DNA from: Tubulanus polymorphus | Lineage: Eukaryota; Animalia; Nemertea | DNA: 64,000 nt | Assembly: GCF_964204645.1 (NCBI RefSeq) | Contig: NC_134030.1 | Span: forward strand, 4,382,778-4,446,777 | Direction of reading: 5' to 3' | In this document: one piece after another, positions 14,301-26,100 of the stretch | How positions within the stretch are numbered: position 1 is the first letter of the stretch | Layout of the letters: each line of letters opens with the position of its first letter | Program-made: the position numbers and the translations under genes | Notes under the pieces: generated by a model | What the model saw: only the letters and a program-made list of their open reading frames with translations | Told to the model about the DNA's origin: nothing | The model's database searches: none

Positions 14301-17047
14301 AATCTATAGAAAATTGACCAAAATTGATCAATTTGTGTTTCTGATGTTTGGGTAATTTATCTATTTACACTTGACCCTGGTGTTTCAGTTATAAGGTTAA
14401 CAGGGATACAAGTCAAATCATCTAACCGTTTGAAACAACACAACAAACTAACGGGTAATTGGTATCTTACGTATTTCAAGGATTTAATAGTAGATGAAAA
14501 TAGATGAAAAGGGTAGCCACTTTTATAATTCGACTTGCTTTTTCCCTGACTATAACCTGACATGTAAGTTGTTTTCCCTGGCTTGATCTGCTAAGAATCC
14601 AATCAATCAAAACATATGTGGTGGATGGTAACTATTTGATTATATGCGTCATATAGCAATCTTAACAAATTTCCCTGATTTTCAGCATTTTTACAAAATT
14701 CCCTGACATTTCTAAAGAAAGGAAAAATCCTAGACTTTTCCCTGATTTCTTGTTAAGTGGGGCCCACCATATATTATCGTCAGTGAAAAATGAACAGTTG
14801 GCTCAATGGACTTCGAGCCACCGCTCGGCTATGGGCAATAGTTATCTATATGAAACAGTCGAATTTATACCCCTACTTAAAACGAGCATAGTCGCAACTG
14901 GTTTCACTGCGCGCGATATCGATATTCAGATTGACAATGCGACAAACTGTCGTTCGTAATGACGCGACTGACTGAAAATCAATATTAACCTGGAAATTCA
15001 GAGTGTTCGACCATATCGACAACGAAGTACTTACATACACCTGCCTGACAATACTATTCATAACAACTACATTGAAATCTATGCGCAAAAAATGCGTTTT
15101 CGCCTACGCAAAACAAAAGTCGAAACTTTCCATAAATTTGTCATTGAATTATCCATAACTGACACAATCATCCCTCCCCTTATAGACAGCATCACCTTCT
15201 AGAAAAGATGTAGAGCTTTTATATAAATCCCATCAGGCTATGATACTATCAGAGATCTTTTTAAGGAAAGGTGACTGTTATGTTGGAAATGATCTACATT
15301 TCCCATGGAACTGGTACCAAACGATCCGAGGCCAGTCATTCAAACGTTGGTTAACTTTTAATTGGAATTAGAAATGCTTTATCAGGGTTAGTTAATTCAT
15401 CAATGATTAGACCTAAATCAATCTGTTCACAAATGCAAACGAGCAAAAGATTAACTATCTCCTTTTCGTTTTTTGTTTTGAATTTATAGGTCTATGTATA
15501 TCTTCATAACTGAAAATCTAAATTAATATGAAATCTTTTCCGTTGGGAGTCTGGCTCCAAAAACAGTGCAATAGCCTATTTTGAAATAAATAGGCCTAAT
15601 TTGAATTAGCTGATTATATCCCGATTCGTAGCATGGATAAATTTCCAGGTTAAACGAATTTGAATTAAAGTTAATTCGCGTTTGTGAATCGGGCATCAAA
15701 AATCAACCTCAAAATTCTAATTCGAATTATTAGCCGATAACCAGGATTAGGGGCTTAATCCGAGTTCGTAAAACCGGGCCCTGGATTTCAATAAGTGGGA
15801 TTCACAGGCATTGAACTAATTCAGTTGTTTACTATTTCCACAGCTGTGATATATGCGGGAAAACTGAGGCATGTGGCATGAAATACACGTGTGTGTATGA
15901 AAAAATAAAGTAGACCATATTGGATCTTACTCCAGAAACCATCAATTTAACCTCAAATCAATTCAAACAGTTGCCAAGATTTACCATATTATAAGCTTCA
16001 ATTCAGTCTCAGGTATCAGTGATAACCTACGAAATCCACAAACAAACATAATTTTGATTTAAATATAAATATATCCGAAAAATTATAAATCATTATCAAC
16101 ACTGAAGGATCACAGTGATACGCCATCCTCCCCCGGCAGGGATTCGAACCTGATGGCATCGAGATTACCGCGGTACGAATCCCTGCCACACTAGACCGAG
16201 TGCGCAGATTTACGCGCAGTTTAGATGATGTCATTGTATCAGCCAATCCGAAATCCCATTTTATTTTAGCTCAGGTTTCCCATTCATAGTTCTTCTGTAG
16301 TATTTGCCTCAGCGATATATACTATTATACGAGCAATCTGATTGGTGCAGCAAGTTTTCATGCGGCACAGCTGCGAATGTACCTGCGCACCTGGTCTACT
16401 GTGGCAGGGGTTCGTGCCGTGGCTGAGTGTAGCGATGCCATCAGGTTCGAATCCCTGCCTGGGGAGGATGTGATAGGCTGGTGATGAGAGCCTGTCGCGC
16501 TTTCCTCATCAGTGTTTTGTCATTGTTGTAGCTAGGTTTACGCATTGTTTGGAGAGAAAGACAAACTCCTTTTCTCGAAATTGAATCAATTCAACTCATT
16601 GATTAGTAGGCCTAGGTGAATTTGACATAAACATAAAAAGGCCTAATCAAAGTCGATTGATTTCAAATCGTTTGATTAAAGATAAATTGGTACCCGTATA
16701 GAAAATTGGAAACAGAGAAAAGTTCATTCAGATTTAATTGAAATGTAGAAGAAATCGAACGCAAACGACCAACTATCTACTAGCGACACCTGGTAGATCG
16801 ATGCCTGCCACATGTAGCACTGCGGGTCCTCATGATTTTTATGTTTATTTTCTGGTAGGACCTACGGTAATACTCTGGATCCGTTTCAAAGGGTTGATCA
16901 GTCAACACCCTCGACGGCCGATCTCTATTTCTTACCATTTCCTCCGAACTGATCTAATGTAGTCAATATATCTTCCTTGGTTGGTGCTGGTTCGACAACA
17001 TGGTGCTGGTTCACCTGTTTGCGTTGGAAGCCAATTCTACCAGACAT
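2308..17047 (-). CDS. TBC1D5: TBC1 domain family member 5 (Rab7 GAP, retromer-associated), about 867 aa, 19 coding exons
   Basis: Exons 17047-16936, 13575-13389, 13078-12970, 12525-12436, 12343-12269, 11622-11555, 10019-9917, 9124-9036, 8315-8265, 7895-7823, 7725-7556, 7158-7016, 6645-6539, 6425-6362, 4859-4665, 3862-3510, 3288-3189, 2960-2878, 2739-2308. All are GT-AG and the total of 2604 nt stays in frame. Motifs match TBC1D5: DEWERLF (LIR-like), RSCRFRSICW, NNPLSQ, IKQDVIRTFPE (R-finger), YRQGMHELLAP (Q-finger), RWLRLLFGREF, LAGLKQVRDILKG. The first exon is less certain than the rest. Confidence 0.93.
3008..3136. mobile_element. PIF/Harbinger-like MITE in a TBC1D5 intron
   Basis: TIRs ggccggttgcacagtc / gacagtgcaactggcc. 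Confidence 0.55.
3917..4118. mobile_element. hAT-like MITE (TIR CAGGGTGGCCAC); degraded relatives near 14510-14768 and 25402-25742
   Basis: Ends cagggtggccact ... agtggccaccctg, with internal ttccctga repeats. Confidence 0.65.
4133..4296. mobile_element. Tc1/mariner (pogo/Tigger-like) MITE
   Basis: Ends agtggaacctcattacaacgaa ... ttcgttataacaagattccact. Same family as 26439-26595. Confidence 0.6.
6679..6963. mobile_element. piggyBac-like MITE with TTAA TSD
   Basis: ttaa|ccctttcagtgc ... gcactgagaggg|ttaa. Confidence 0.8.
9264..9417. mobile_element. MITE with CAGGGGCGGATCTAG-type TIR
   Basis: Ends cagggtggatctagg ... cctagatccgcccctg, with aacatg on both sides. Related to 22693-23172. Confidence 0.65.
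10150..10477. mobile_element. Foldback MITE, family A, copy 1 (tRNA-like TIRs)
   Basis: About 38-bp TIR catcctccctcggcagggattcgaacctgatggcatcg, plus internal inverted segments. tatacata(t) is duplicated on both flanks. Highly similar to 16124-16470. Confidence 0.85.
11868..11973. mobile_element. Harbinger-like MITE, family B, copy 1
   Basis: TIRs ggcccggttcaacagtt / atgtggaactggatcc. Homologous to 25615-25724 and 27119-27228. Confidence 0.7.
12732..12806 (+). repeat. Perfect 26-bp direct repeat
   Basis: caggtacaataacattgtcagcagtt at 12732-12757 and 12781-12806. Confidence 0.85.
16124..16470. mobile_element. Foldback MITE, family A, copy 2
   Basis: Same TIRs as copy 1. Flanks tgatacgc / tgataggc form an 8-bp TSD with 1 mismatch. 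Confidence 0.85.
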
Positions 17048-20000
17048 TTTTTCGTAAAAATTAACTTTCTTCTAATTCTTCTTTTCTTCAACAGCATTAA
17101 TTGTTGTGAAATACATTGCACCTAAAACGTCGAGAAAATGAAGTACATAGAAATTCATTTGGGTTGTAGAGGTCCACCACAGCAACGACCAGGGCAGGGT
17201 CCACTAGTCAGTAACCTGCCTGTGGTTTAGTTTCACGAGTGGATATTTTCGCAAACCACATATTAGAATAATCCCATCTGATTATGGAAAGGTTAGGCCT
17301 ACCGCCTACGATTAGGTTACTAACTAGGTCCACAAGAATCCTGACCTGCTGCCGGTGCCGAAGGCCTGGTTGGTAGGTAAGGGTTCTCTTTTTCTTCAAG
17401 TTGCTGGCTTTTATTTAAAGGAAGAGATGACAAGTGGATATCAACTAGGGCTATGGTTTAACATCTAACCAAGAAATCTCAGTTCCTGGGCAGATTGAAT
17501 GAAGGGCCGCCAAGGGCAAGGGGGGTGGGCCCAATAATTAAAATATTAAACATAACATGTCAACAAAATCATTGGAATTTTTATATGCAGGCCGCCGATT
17601 CGGATTATTTACGACCATACGGAAAATAACTTGTGACACAATCTTCAACCAAATAACAACGTTCAATTCGCTGATAACACATACCACTGTTTAAGCGGTT
17701 TTTCTGCTCTCGATTGACCACAATCTTATAATTCCGAATCCAATTTTTGACAAGCGAAATTCACCTACTATAGGACATTCTTAAGACGTGCTGCATGTGG
17801 CGTCACAAGCCCCGAAGCCTCGTCACGGCACACAACGCCGTGTGGTGAAAATAAAATGAAAATCGATTGCTATGGAGGAAATATGAATAGCGTCGACTGT
17901 TCTTGCGGCTTTACTTTTAAACTTGAAATATTGGATTGACTCCACTGGAGTCGGATCTTGGGACCGTAAAGCGTGACTGACTTGTGTGATATCTTAGTTG
18001 GATAGTTTCATCTTGGAGTAATCATACTGATTACTCCAAGGTTTCATCAAACATCCCGATTTGTGGTAATTCCTCTTATTCCGTCGCCCGGATCCTATTC
18101 GCGCGGAGTGTTTACAATGCTTTGCAGAAAAAAAGTAGATGACCATGTGAATTTTTAACTGAAGAGCTACCGGTCGCTAGTTGAAATTATTCTAAAATCT
18201 TAAGAAAAAAAAACATCGCGTGGCTAAATTCGAGAGGAGGAGTTGGGAATCCAAGTCATGCCTTGTTTAAGTTCCATGATATTCAGTGTTCAGCCGGCAG
18301 TGGAAACTCCATTCAACAAAGGGAGACACAATTGCGGTTTTTCAGAGTTGTTGAAACCGGCACCGGCACTAGTCCTTTTTTCGGTGTTTTATGGATCAAA
18401 GTTTACAACTCTTTGTGTATTTTTGTTATTTTCCTATTGATGCAAATTGTATGAATCAACTGTAGTGGAAATGTATCATGTATAAAGACTTATTAATACC
18501 TAACATGTAACTTTTGTGATTTTAAAGTTAGTACAATTTCATACATAGTAATAGAAATAAAATTGCTATTAAAATTTGAGAAAATAAGCTAAAAGTTAAT
18601 AATTTGATATGTGAAAATAAAATGATGTAAAAATATAAATCAGATTGATTACTTAATCCTACGCTTTCCCGAGTATTTGGCCAGGTTTATCTCTGGTTTT
18701 AGTGCGGGGGCCATGGACTATTGAGTCTATGGTTGGACCACAGGTTTATAAACTCTTGTTTATAGTTTATACGCCTACGGTGGTTGGACTCGTTGTTTTT
18801 GAAAGTCCACATGTTTGAGGAGCTTACATTAATTCCTCGAGCACTCCTGGCATTTTATATAATTGTTGTATGAGAATAAATATGATTGATTTTAAAATGT
18901 GTCATTCGTTTAGTTAAGTTTAATATAGCAACTCCTGGATAAAGGCCTAAATCGATTTAAGATAAACTGAATTAATGAAATTAAATCGATTAAAGAGTTA
19001 CCTTTTTATGAAACTCCTGTGTTTTGAAACTCGTCTACTTCGTTTTTTCAACCCAAAAAATAGTCCCACCAAATGGTCTACCGACAAGCTTTTATTTATG
19101 CGACAATCAATTATATCAATGGCAAAACCAATACGACATTGCACGTTTCACTAACCCGTTGACAGTTGTTGACGCTAATTAGTGTGACCAGCCAGAAGTA
19201 CAGCAGGCCTAACTACGATTCAAAAAGCCGACATTTTGGATCTGTCAAAATCGACCAAGCTTTCAACCTTCTGCAGTCGCCATCTATCCACCTTTATCGT
19301 AACTAATACGTCATTAATCGAAGAAGTCCCACAATTCGAATTAATTCATTAAAACGAAACCACGTTTCGGCTGTTACTTACAGGACATAAACAAAAGCGA
19401 TGTGTCGGAATAAATGTAAACAGAACAAGTGACATATGAAAACAACCAGTGGTACCGTACCGTAGAAACCACAGAATTCTATGAATAGTTCAGAATGAAT
19501 ACATATTATGTAGCTAAGTGTAGTATGATCTATAAAAAGTAATGTACAGGGTCGATAGGCGGCCGGTCGACTTTTAATCACAGCAGGCAGAGAAACAAGG
19601 TACCAATTGTTTTTTGCCTAAATCTCTAACTGATCAGTGACTTGTTTAACACTAACCATTCTCCTGATGAATTCAATGACAAAATGGACGCGCCAAATCC
19701 AAAGGAACAAAAACAAATGTATTTTATCACAATAATTCTGGCCTTTAATAGTTTCAAGAGTTTAACAAGATTTTCCTACTATATAAATTAACAACATTGA
19801 CCTCGGGCGAAATTGCAGCTTCGTACTTGCCTTTCTTCATATTCTTTACAAAACTCTTCCATAAAATATGAACAATTATTATTACATTACATTTCCACCA
19901 AATGTCGACGGACTGATGATAAAGAGAAATTTGTTCTATTCATCATTTGTTCGCCAGTCGTGAGATAATCTATAAACACATTTCGGTCACAATCTATCGT

Positions 20001-22692
20001 ATCTCAGTAAGTTTCATAAACGTTTTTTTATTTTCGTTCAATAGAAACCTACACTTAGACGCACACCTTTTTAAATTGAAAACAGGTATATTATTTTCAC
20101 AGCAGTAACTCAGTATTTCGCTTTATTAAACACAGCAATAGTTAAAACATAAAATCGACGAACCCCTAAGATAAAGCAGAACAGAACGATCAGTACTTCT
20201 TTTTTTCATTTCATGATTAACTTCCCTGCTATTCGATTTCATGTTTTCATCTATAAACTAAGAAACATTTCTCCCGTATAATTTCTTCTAAGAAACAACT
20301 CATGCTCCGTCGGAACCCTATCTACACAATATTATTCAAAGTTTATATTAGATATCTAACCTTTGAATTTTATATATCCCTGAAATTCAGTTCGAATTAG
20401 CTATAGAACACACAAATTCCTGTAACACGGATTCACAGCTGCAGCGTGGGGGGTGCGGGGTGAAGGAGTCAGAATGGGCAGTTTTTACGAATTGATTGTT
20501 TCAAGCAGGCTCTAGTCAATGATTAATACATAAACAGTCAGACAGTATAAAAATCAGATAATACACGTACTATGTACTTCTACGCGCTTTATACAGGAAA
20601 TTCAATTACAACATGATTATCATGAAAGAGAAAAAATATTCCATATAAATGTCATCACAATATTTATTATGATAATAGCTCGACAGAATTATCATCATCG
20701 CCGTATTTAGTTTTAATACGGAATTATGGATCATATCCTAAAGACTCGGAACATAACATGAGCGTCATTTTTGACAGAATCCTAAATATTACCGCAGAAT
20801 CCTGAGTATCAAATCAACATCTAGACCTTCCTCGACACAAGACGACCCTATTGCTCTTCTTTTTAAGTGATTATCCATTGATATGCTAAGAAGTCAGGAA
20901 ATCGGTACGTTAATTACTGGAATGGGCTGCGTGAATTTTCTACTTATACGCTCGCTTGCGCCACACCACGTGAGAATTCATCTAAATGTTAAAATAGCCC
21001 TGGTAAAATTATGCAGAATGTTACGTATAAATCGACGAAATGAGAAAATGAAAGCGAGATACATTTTCTAGAAATAAACTGAACACACGCAATTATTTTC
21101 CGAAGCCCGTTCAGGACACGCGCCTAGCTGTACGAATACAAGTACAACGAAATACAAAAACTTAGTGCAACATGTTCTTTACCTCTCGGAAAAAACTGTC
21201 GTTCAAAATTAAAAAGCGTGTCAAAAAAAGAACAAATATCATTGAAATTACATCTCGTATGAAAATAGAAATCTATTTACAATTTACAGCAATTCATCTT
21301 TTTTTGTTTTAAATATATATAATATTTTTTCGAGGGATAAGTTGTATTTTATTTTGAAGCACCCGCGATCTATTTCATAGCCGAACGAATGCGCCGGCAT
21401 GCCTCGCGCGCCCGTGTACCACAATCGAACCAGACTATCATTGTTCTATGTTACTATTACTAACGCACGACAAGAATTATACACAATTTTACAAAATCAT
21501 GATTCATTTCGCATTCATTATACGCAGACACGCAATTAAATACATCTTTTTGACAGAGCAGATAACTTAACTTCTACTCAACCCCTATAACCATTCGAAC
21601 TGCATTCAACCCTACCAATACACCCGTGTTTTGGCACACCTACATATACGAGGCCTATAGTGAGCAGCGCAATGAACTGCTTCAGATTTTTATGGATTTT
21701 CTTTTACACTTACACTTTTTTTTGGATATTCTTGATAACACTAATGAAGCCTCCGTAAATATATGACATCCACAGTATCAGTATCTACAACATCATTGCA
21801 TGAGCTTGAGACTCTTTTTTTTTGGTCATTTTGCACATTTAAGATACTACAGTAGCCTCATTCTTCATTTGTTCCAATCAACTCGAGAAAAAGTCAGTGA
21901 ATTGGTAAGTAATCGTTTCCTCGGAAAGATTTCAAATTTCCCTGATCCTCAAATGGATGTCAGGCCAGTTCAGTAGAATATACACTATTTACAGTCAAAC
22001 CTTCACGGAGCAAGGCAAAAGTCTACATTAGTTGCTTTTTTGTGCAGTAATACAATAAAGAATGAATGTCACTCTTTCAGTTATAGATATAAAGCAACGG
22101 TAAAATAAACAAATCTTTTGGAAAGTAACAAAGCTACCAATATTCATACAATAGTCATTCATCATCAGTCGAAATTCATTACAAACGCAATTACAACCCC
22201 AAATCACGCATACAATAACAATCTTAATTGAGGAGTTTGAAATATTTAACTAGATAAATGCATTCGGCGTTTTAATAATAAATCATAAAATGTGAAAAAT
22301 TTCTGAGAACAAAAGCTACGTGCATTGAGCAGGCCGGCGTATAGTCGAGCCGAAACCCGTTTTTATAAATATCTGGAACGATGAACGTCGCCGATGACTG
22401 TAGATGAGAATCAGTTGAAATAATAACCGCCTGTTCCAGTCATATAAGTACAAATCAGCAAATTCCCAGGTATTCTCAATTCATCGGCAAGAAGTAGTAT
22501 ATTATTTTACGAAATAACAGGTTTTAAAATATTTTTCGATCTGTGCGACTGGTCTCCGGGGATTGTGTGGAGCGAAACGCACCGAATAATGGCTTAAGTC
22601 GAGTAGAAATCGATTCCCTGAGAATAAACAAGTGCTGCATACTGACTCATGTGTCGTATTAATCAATTCCCCCCTAACGACGTGTTATTTCA

Positions 22693-23172
22693 CAGGGGCG
22701 GATCTAGAACAATTGGAAGGCAGGGTCTACATAAAGAAGGGTTTTCATTGCCGTACGTAAGCAGCGAAGCCAAAAGCCACGATCAGAGTTCCACCGTTGC
22801 CCTTATCGTATAAGCAATCCATCGGAAAAGATGCATTATTTGATTGTCTAATTTGCAGGTTTCAAAGATCTCAGCCTTGACCAAAAAGCAGGGTTCTTAC
22901 GAGTTTTCCAATTTCATTTTACATTAGTGCCATTTATTAATACTATCCACAATCTGCTTTCACAGAGTCTGTAATTAAATGTGTAGTGAGACGGAAAATT
23001 CAGTTTTCAGACCATTTTCTAATTTTCCATTGCTGTAACAAAAAAAAAAAAAAAAACAACGAAATTCCCATTTTCCAAAGCTTTCCGTAACCCGTAAAAA
23101 CCCTGAAAAAGGCAACCTCTAGGATAAGGCAAGGGTTTGGACCACTGAGCCAGCCCCCTAGATCCACCCCTG
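22693..23172. mobile_element. MITE inserted 20 nt after the cyclin T stop codon
   Basis: Ends caggggcggatctag ... ctagatccacccctg. Confidence 0.7.
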
Positions 23173-23192
23173 CTTCTATTCGAATCAACTGA

Positions 23193-26100
23193 TTACGGTC
23201 GATTAGCTGCTGCCGCTGCAGCTACTGGCGAATGGTGCTTCGATTTTTTATGTTTATGTCGCGCCGACGACGACGTCTGCTCCGACGACAATGACGTATC
23301 TACGACGATCAACGCCGGTGATTCGTTCTTGTTGTTTTTATCACCGTTAGACTCGAGCGACTCGGCGACCGCTTGCAATATGTTCATCTGCGGTTGCGGC
23401 GGTGAAAACATCGACTGCGAATTCCCGTCTCGACGCGATTGCTTCGCCGCGTTGTGCGAGCCGGACTCCGCTTTGCCGGGACTATGATGACGTTTTCGCG
23501 AAGACGAATGATGCTTCGACGACTTACGCGGTTTTTCGTCGCCGCCTCCACCGCCGGACGGCGATTGCAGTCGCGATTTCGGAATCCTCAATTTTAAAAC
23601 ATCCGAGCCGGCGGACGAGATGCGTAAATCGTCGTGTTTGTTGTCGATGCCGCTGTCTGTCGTCGACCGATGCGATGAGTGGTGCTCGTGGTGTTTTCGT
23701 TCTCGACGTTCTTTCTCTTTGATCGAGTCGGTGAAATGGCGTTCAGCCGCCGATGAACCGACCGCATTCGCCGCCGGTAACTTTATAAGAAGCTTTTCGA
23801 CCTTTTGTTCAGATTTTTTCACCTCGCCGCCGGAACCGAATTTTAAACGGAGCGGTTCGATACGAGGCGTCGGTCCCGCGTGACCGCCGCTGCTGCTGGT
23901 TTTATGCCGATCTTCTTTCCGATGCGAGTCGGATTTCGAGCGAGAATGTTTGTGCGACGACGACTGATGCGGTTCCTCTTTCGGCCGGTGAGCGGTGATT
24001 TGGCTTTCGGTTAAACGCTCGAGTTTGACGACGGGAACTTTCGACGGCGTCGTAGGAGAAGATGATAGTATCTCGCCCGGTTCTAGTTCGACCGGAGGAG
24101 GAGGAGGCGGTGGAATGCGTAAAGTTAATTTCAGTTGAGACGGCGCCGGTGGTTGCGATGAGGGCGCCGGTGGAGGTGAAGACGAAGCAGTCGGAAGAGA
24201 TACGAACGAAGAAGAATGATGCTCCGGTTTATAATCGGGCCGTTGTTCTTTAATCCAATCAGGTTCTAACGGAGATTTGCGTTTACTCGATTTCGTAATA
24301 GCGTCCGGTTTATTTAAACTCGAATCGCCTGTTACGACATGTCTCGAACCGGTGCCGCCGCCGCCGACGTTCTGCTCTTGTTTGCCGTCCGATTTGATGG
24401 ATAACGAATCTCGATGGCGTTCAACGACGTCAACTTTAGTTAGCGTCGCGTCGGGTAAAGTTTCACCGCTGCTGCGATATCGATGGTGATGATGATGATC
24501 GACACGCGGGTGTCGATGACGTGCCTCACCCGCCGCAGCTAACTCCGACGTTGAACCGTCTCTAGTAGCGCGACGATCTTTATAATGTTCGTGTCTCTGA
24601 GCGGCCGCCTTTTGTTCCGCGTTCATCGCCTTCGATTTATTCGAAACGTCGTTTTGAACCGGCGCCGACTGGTGATGCATCGGCTTGGATTTCGCGACCG
24701 ATGTCGACGGATGCGCATTAGGCGTCCCGTGGTGCGAACGACTGCCGTCGCTAGGTATCGGTCTATGTAACGCCTGATTGTCGTTAGGCGCGTGATGAAT
24801 CGCGCGTTGTTTCAACGTCATTTCCGGAGTTCGAGTCGTATCCGACGCGCGTTTACGATTGTCGCCGTGTTGACCGCGACTATCGCTCGCGCGTTGCGAC
24901 GAAGAACTCTCAGTGGGTGCGGCGTGGTGCGATGTACGTCCTATTTCATTTTGTGCGTGTCCACGTGAGGAGCTATCTTTTACCGGTACTTCGCTTAATG
25001 TGCCTAACTGACGCGATCGGCTGTCGGTATTCGTCCGACTGGCGGCGTGTAATTCAGGAACGGGCACTTTCTTGTCTAACTGGCCCTGTTTCATCAGTTC
25101 CTTACGCTCTTTATATTCCTTATACGTCAACGCCTGCATACTGGGTAAATGTGCATCCGACTTGCATCGTCTCATACCGGCTGCAGCCGTTGCTGATTGT
25201 TGCTGCTGCTGCTGCTGCGTGTGGACCGGAATGCTACCTGCGGCCGGTGGTTTCATTGTACCGGCATCTCCCGGCTGTTTACCCAAAGCTGCCGACGGGT
25301 CTGCTCGTTTCGGGGCGTGTCTCGAGGAGCCTGAATGAGTGTCACCGTGCTCTACCTTCGAGTCCTACGAAGAAATTAACTCCATCTAATTAATCCTGAA
25401 TCAAGGTGGCCCTTTTTTACTTTTTTTTCCCCGACTATTCCCTGATATGTAACATTTAGAATTTAATCAATTAACCGTTTGAATATGGAAGACATAGATG
25501 GAAACTATCTGATGCACGATCTAGCAATCCCAATAAGTTTCCCTAACTTCTAGCTTTCTTACAAAATTCAATGCCCTTTTTAAAGAAAAGAAACGTCCCT
25601 GACTTTTCCTTCCTGGACCCAGTTCCACAGTTCTGAGTTACGATTTGACTCTGGGTTAACTCATTGAAAATGAACTAATTTTAACCCAGAATTAACTCTA
25701 ACTCACGACTGTGGAACTGGATCCAGGTAAGTGACGACCCTTTGAATTTTCCAAAAGTTGAGTATGTGTGAACTGAACCTCCATAACTCAGTTCCAGTAC
25801 CGGTATACATATTTTACCTTATCGCCCTTGTAGGTAAGAATCTTCTGTTTCAATTTCGTGGGACACTTATCAATGATGTTGAGAAATTCTTGTACGAGTT
25901 GTTCGAGTAATTCTTCGGTAACAGTTTTGTCGACGTACCACCACCACTGATGTCCTTCACTTGACTGAGGAAACTGAAACATTAACAACTAATGTAAATA
26001 TACGACCATAATTCAATTACAAGCATGCTGTAGCTTCGTATTAAGCCCATGTAAGTGACAGAGTCCCTACAAATCAGTCTTTCCTGGAATATAAGGAGTT

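Noticed and set aside
18243-18454. Small ORFs divergent from the TBC1D5 distal promoter
   Set aside because: No recognisable homology or splice structure.
23402-25393. Several plus-strand ORFs (also 2394-2804, 4517-5026, 13440-13661)
   Set aside because: They are antisense shadows of GC-rich coding exons with no independent support.
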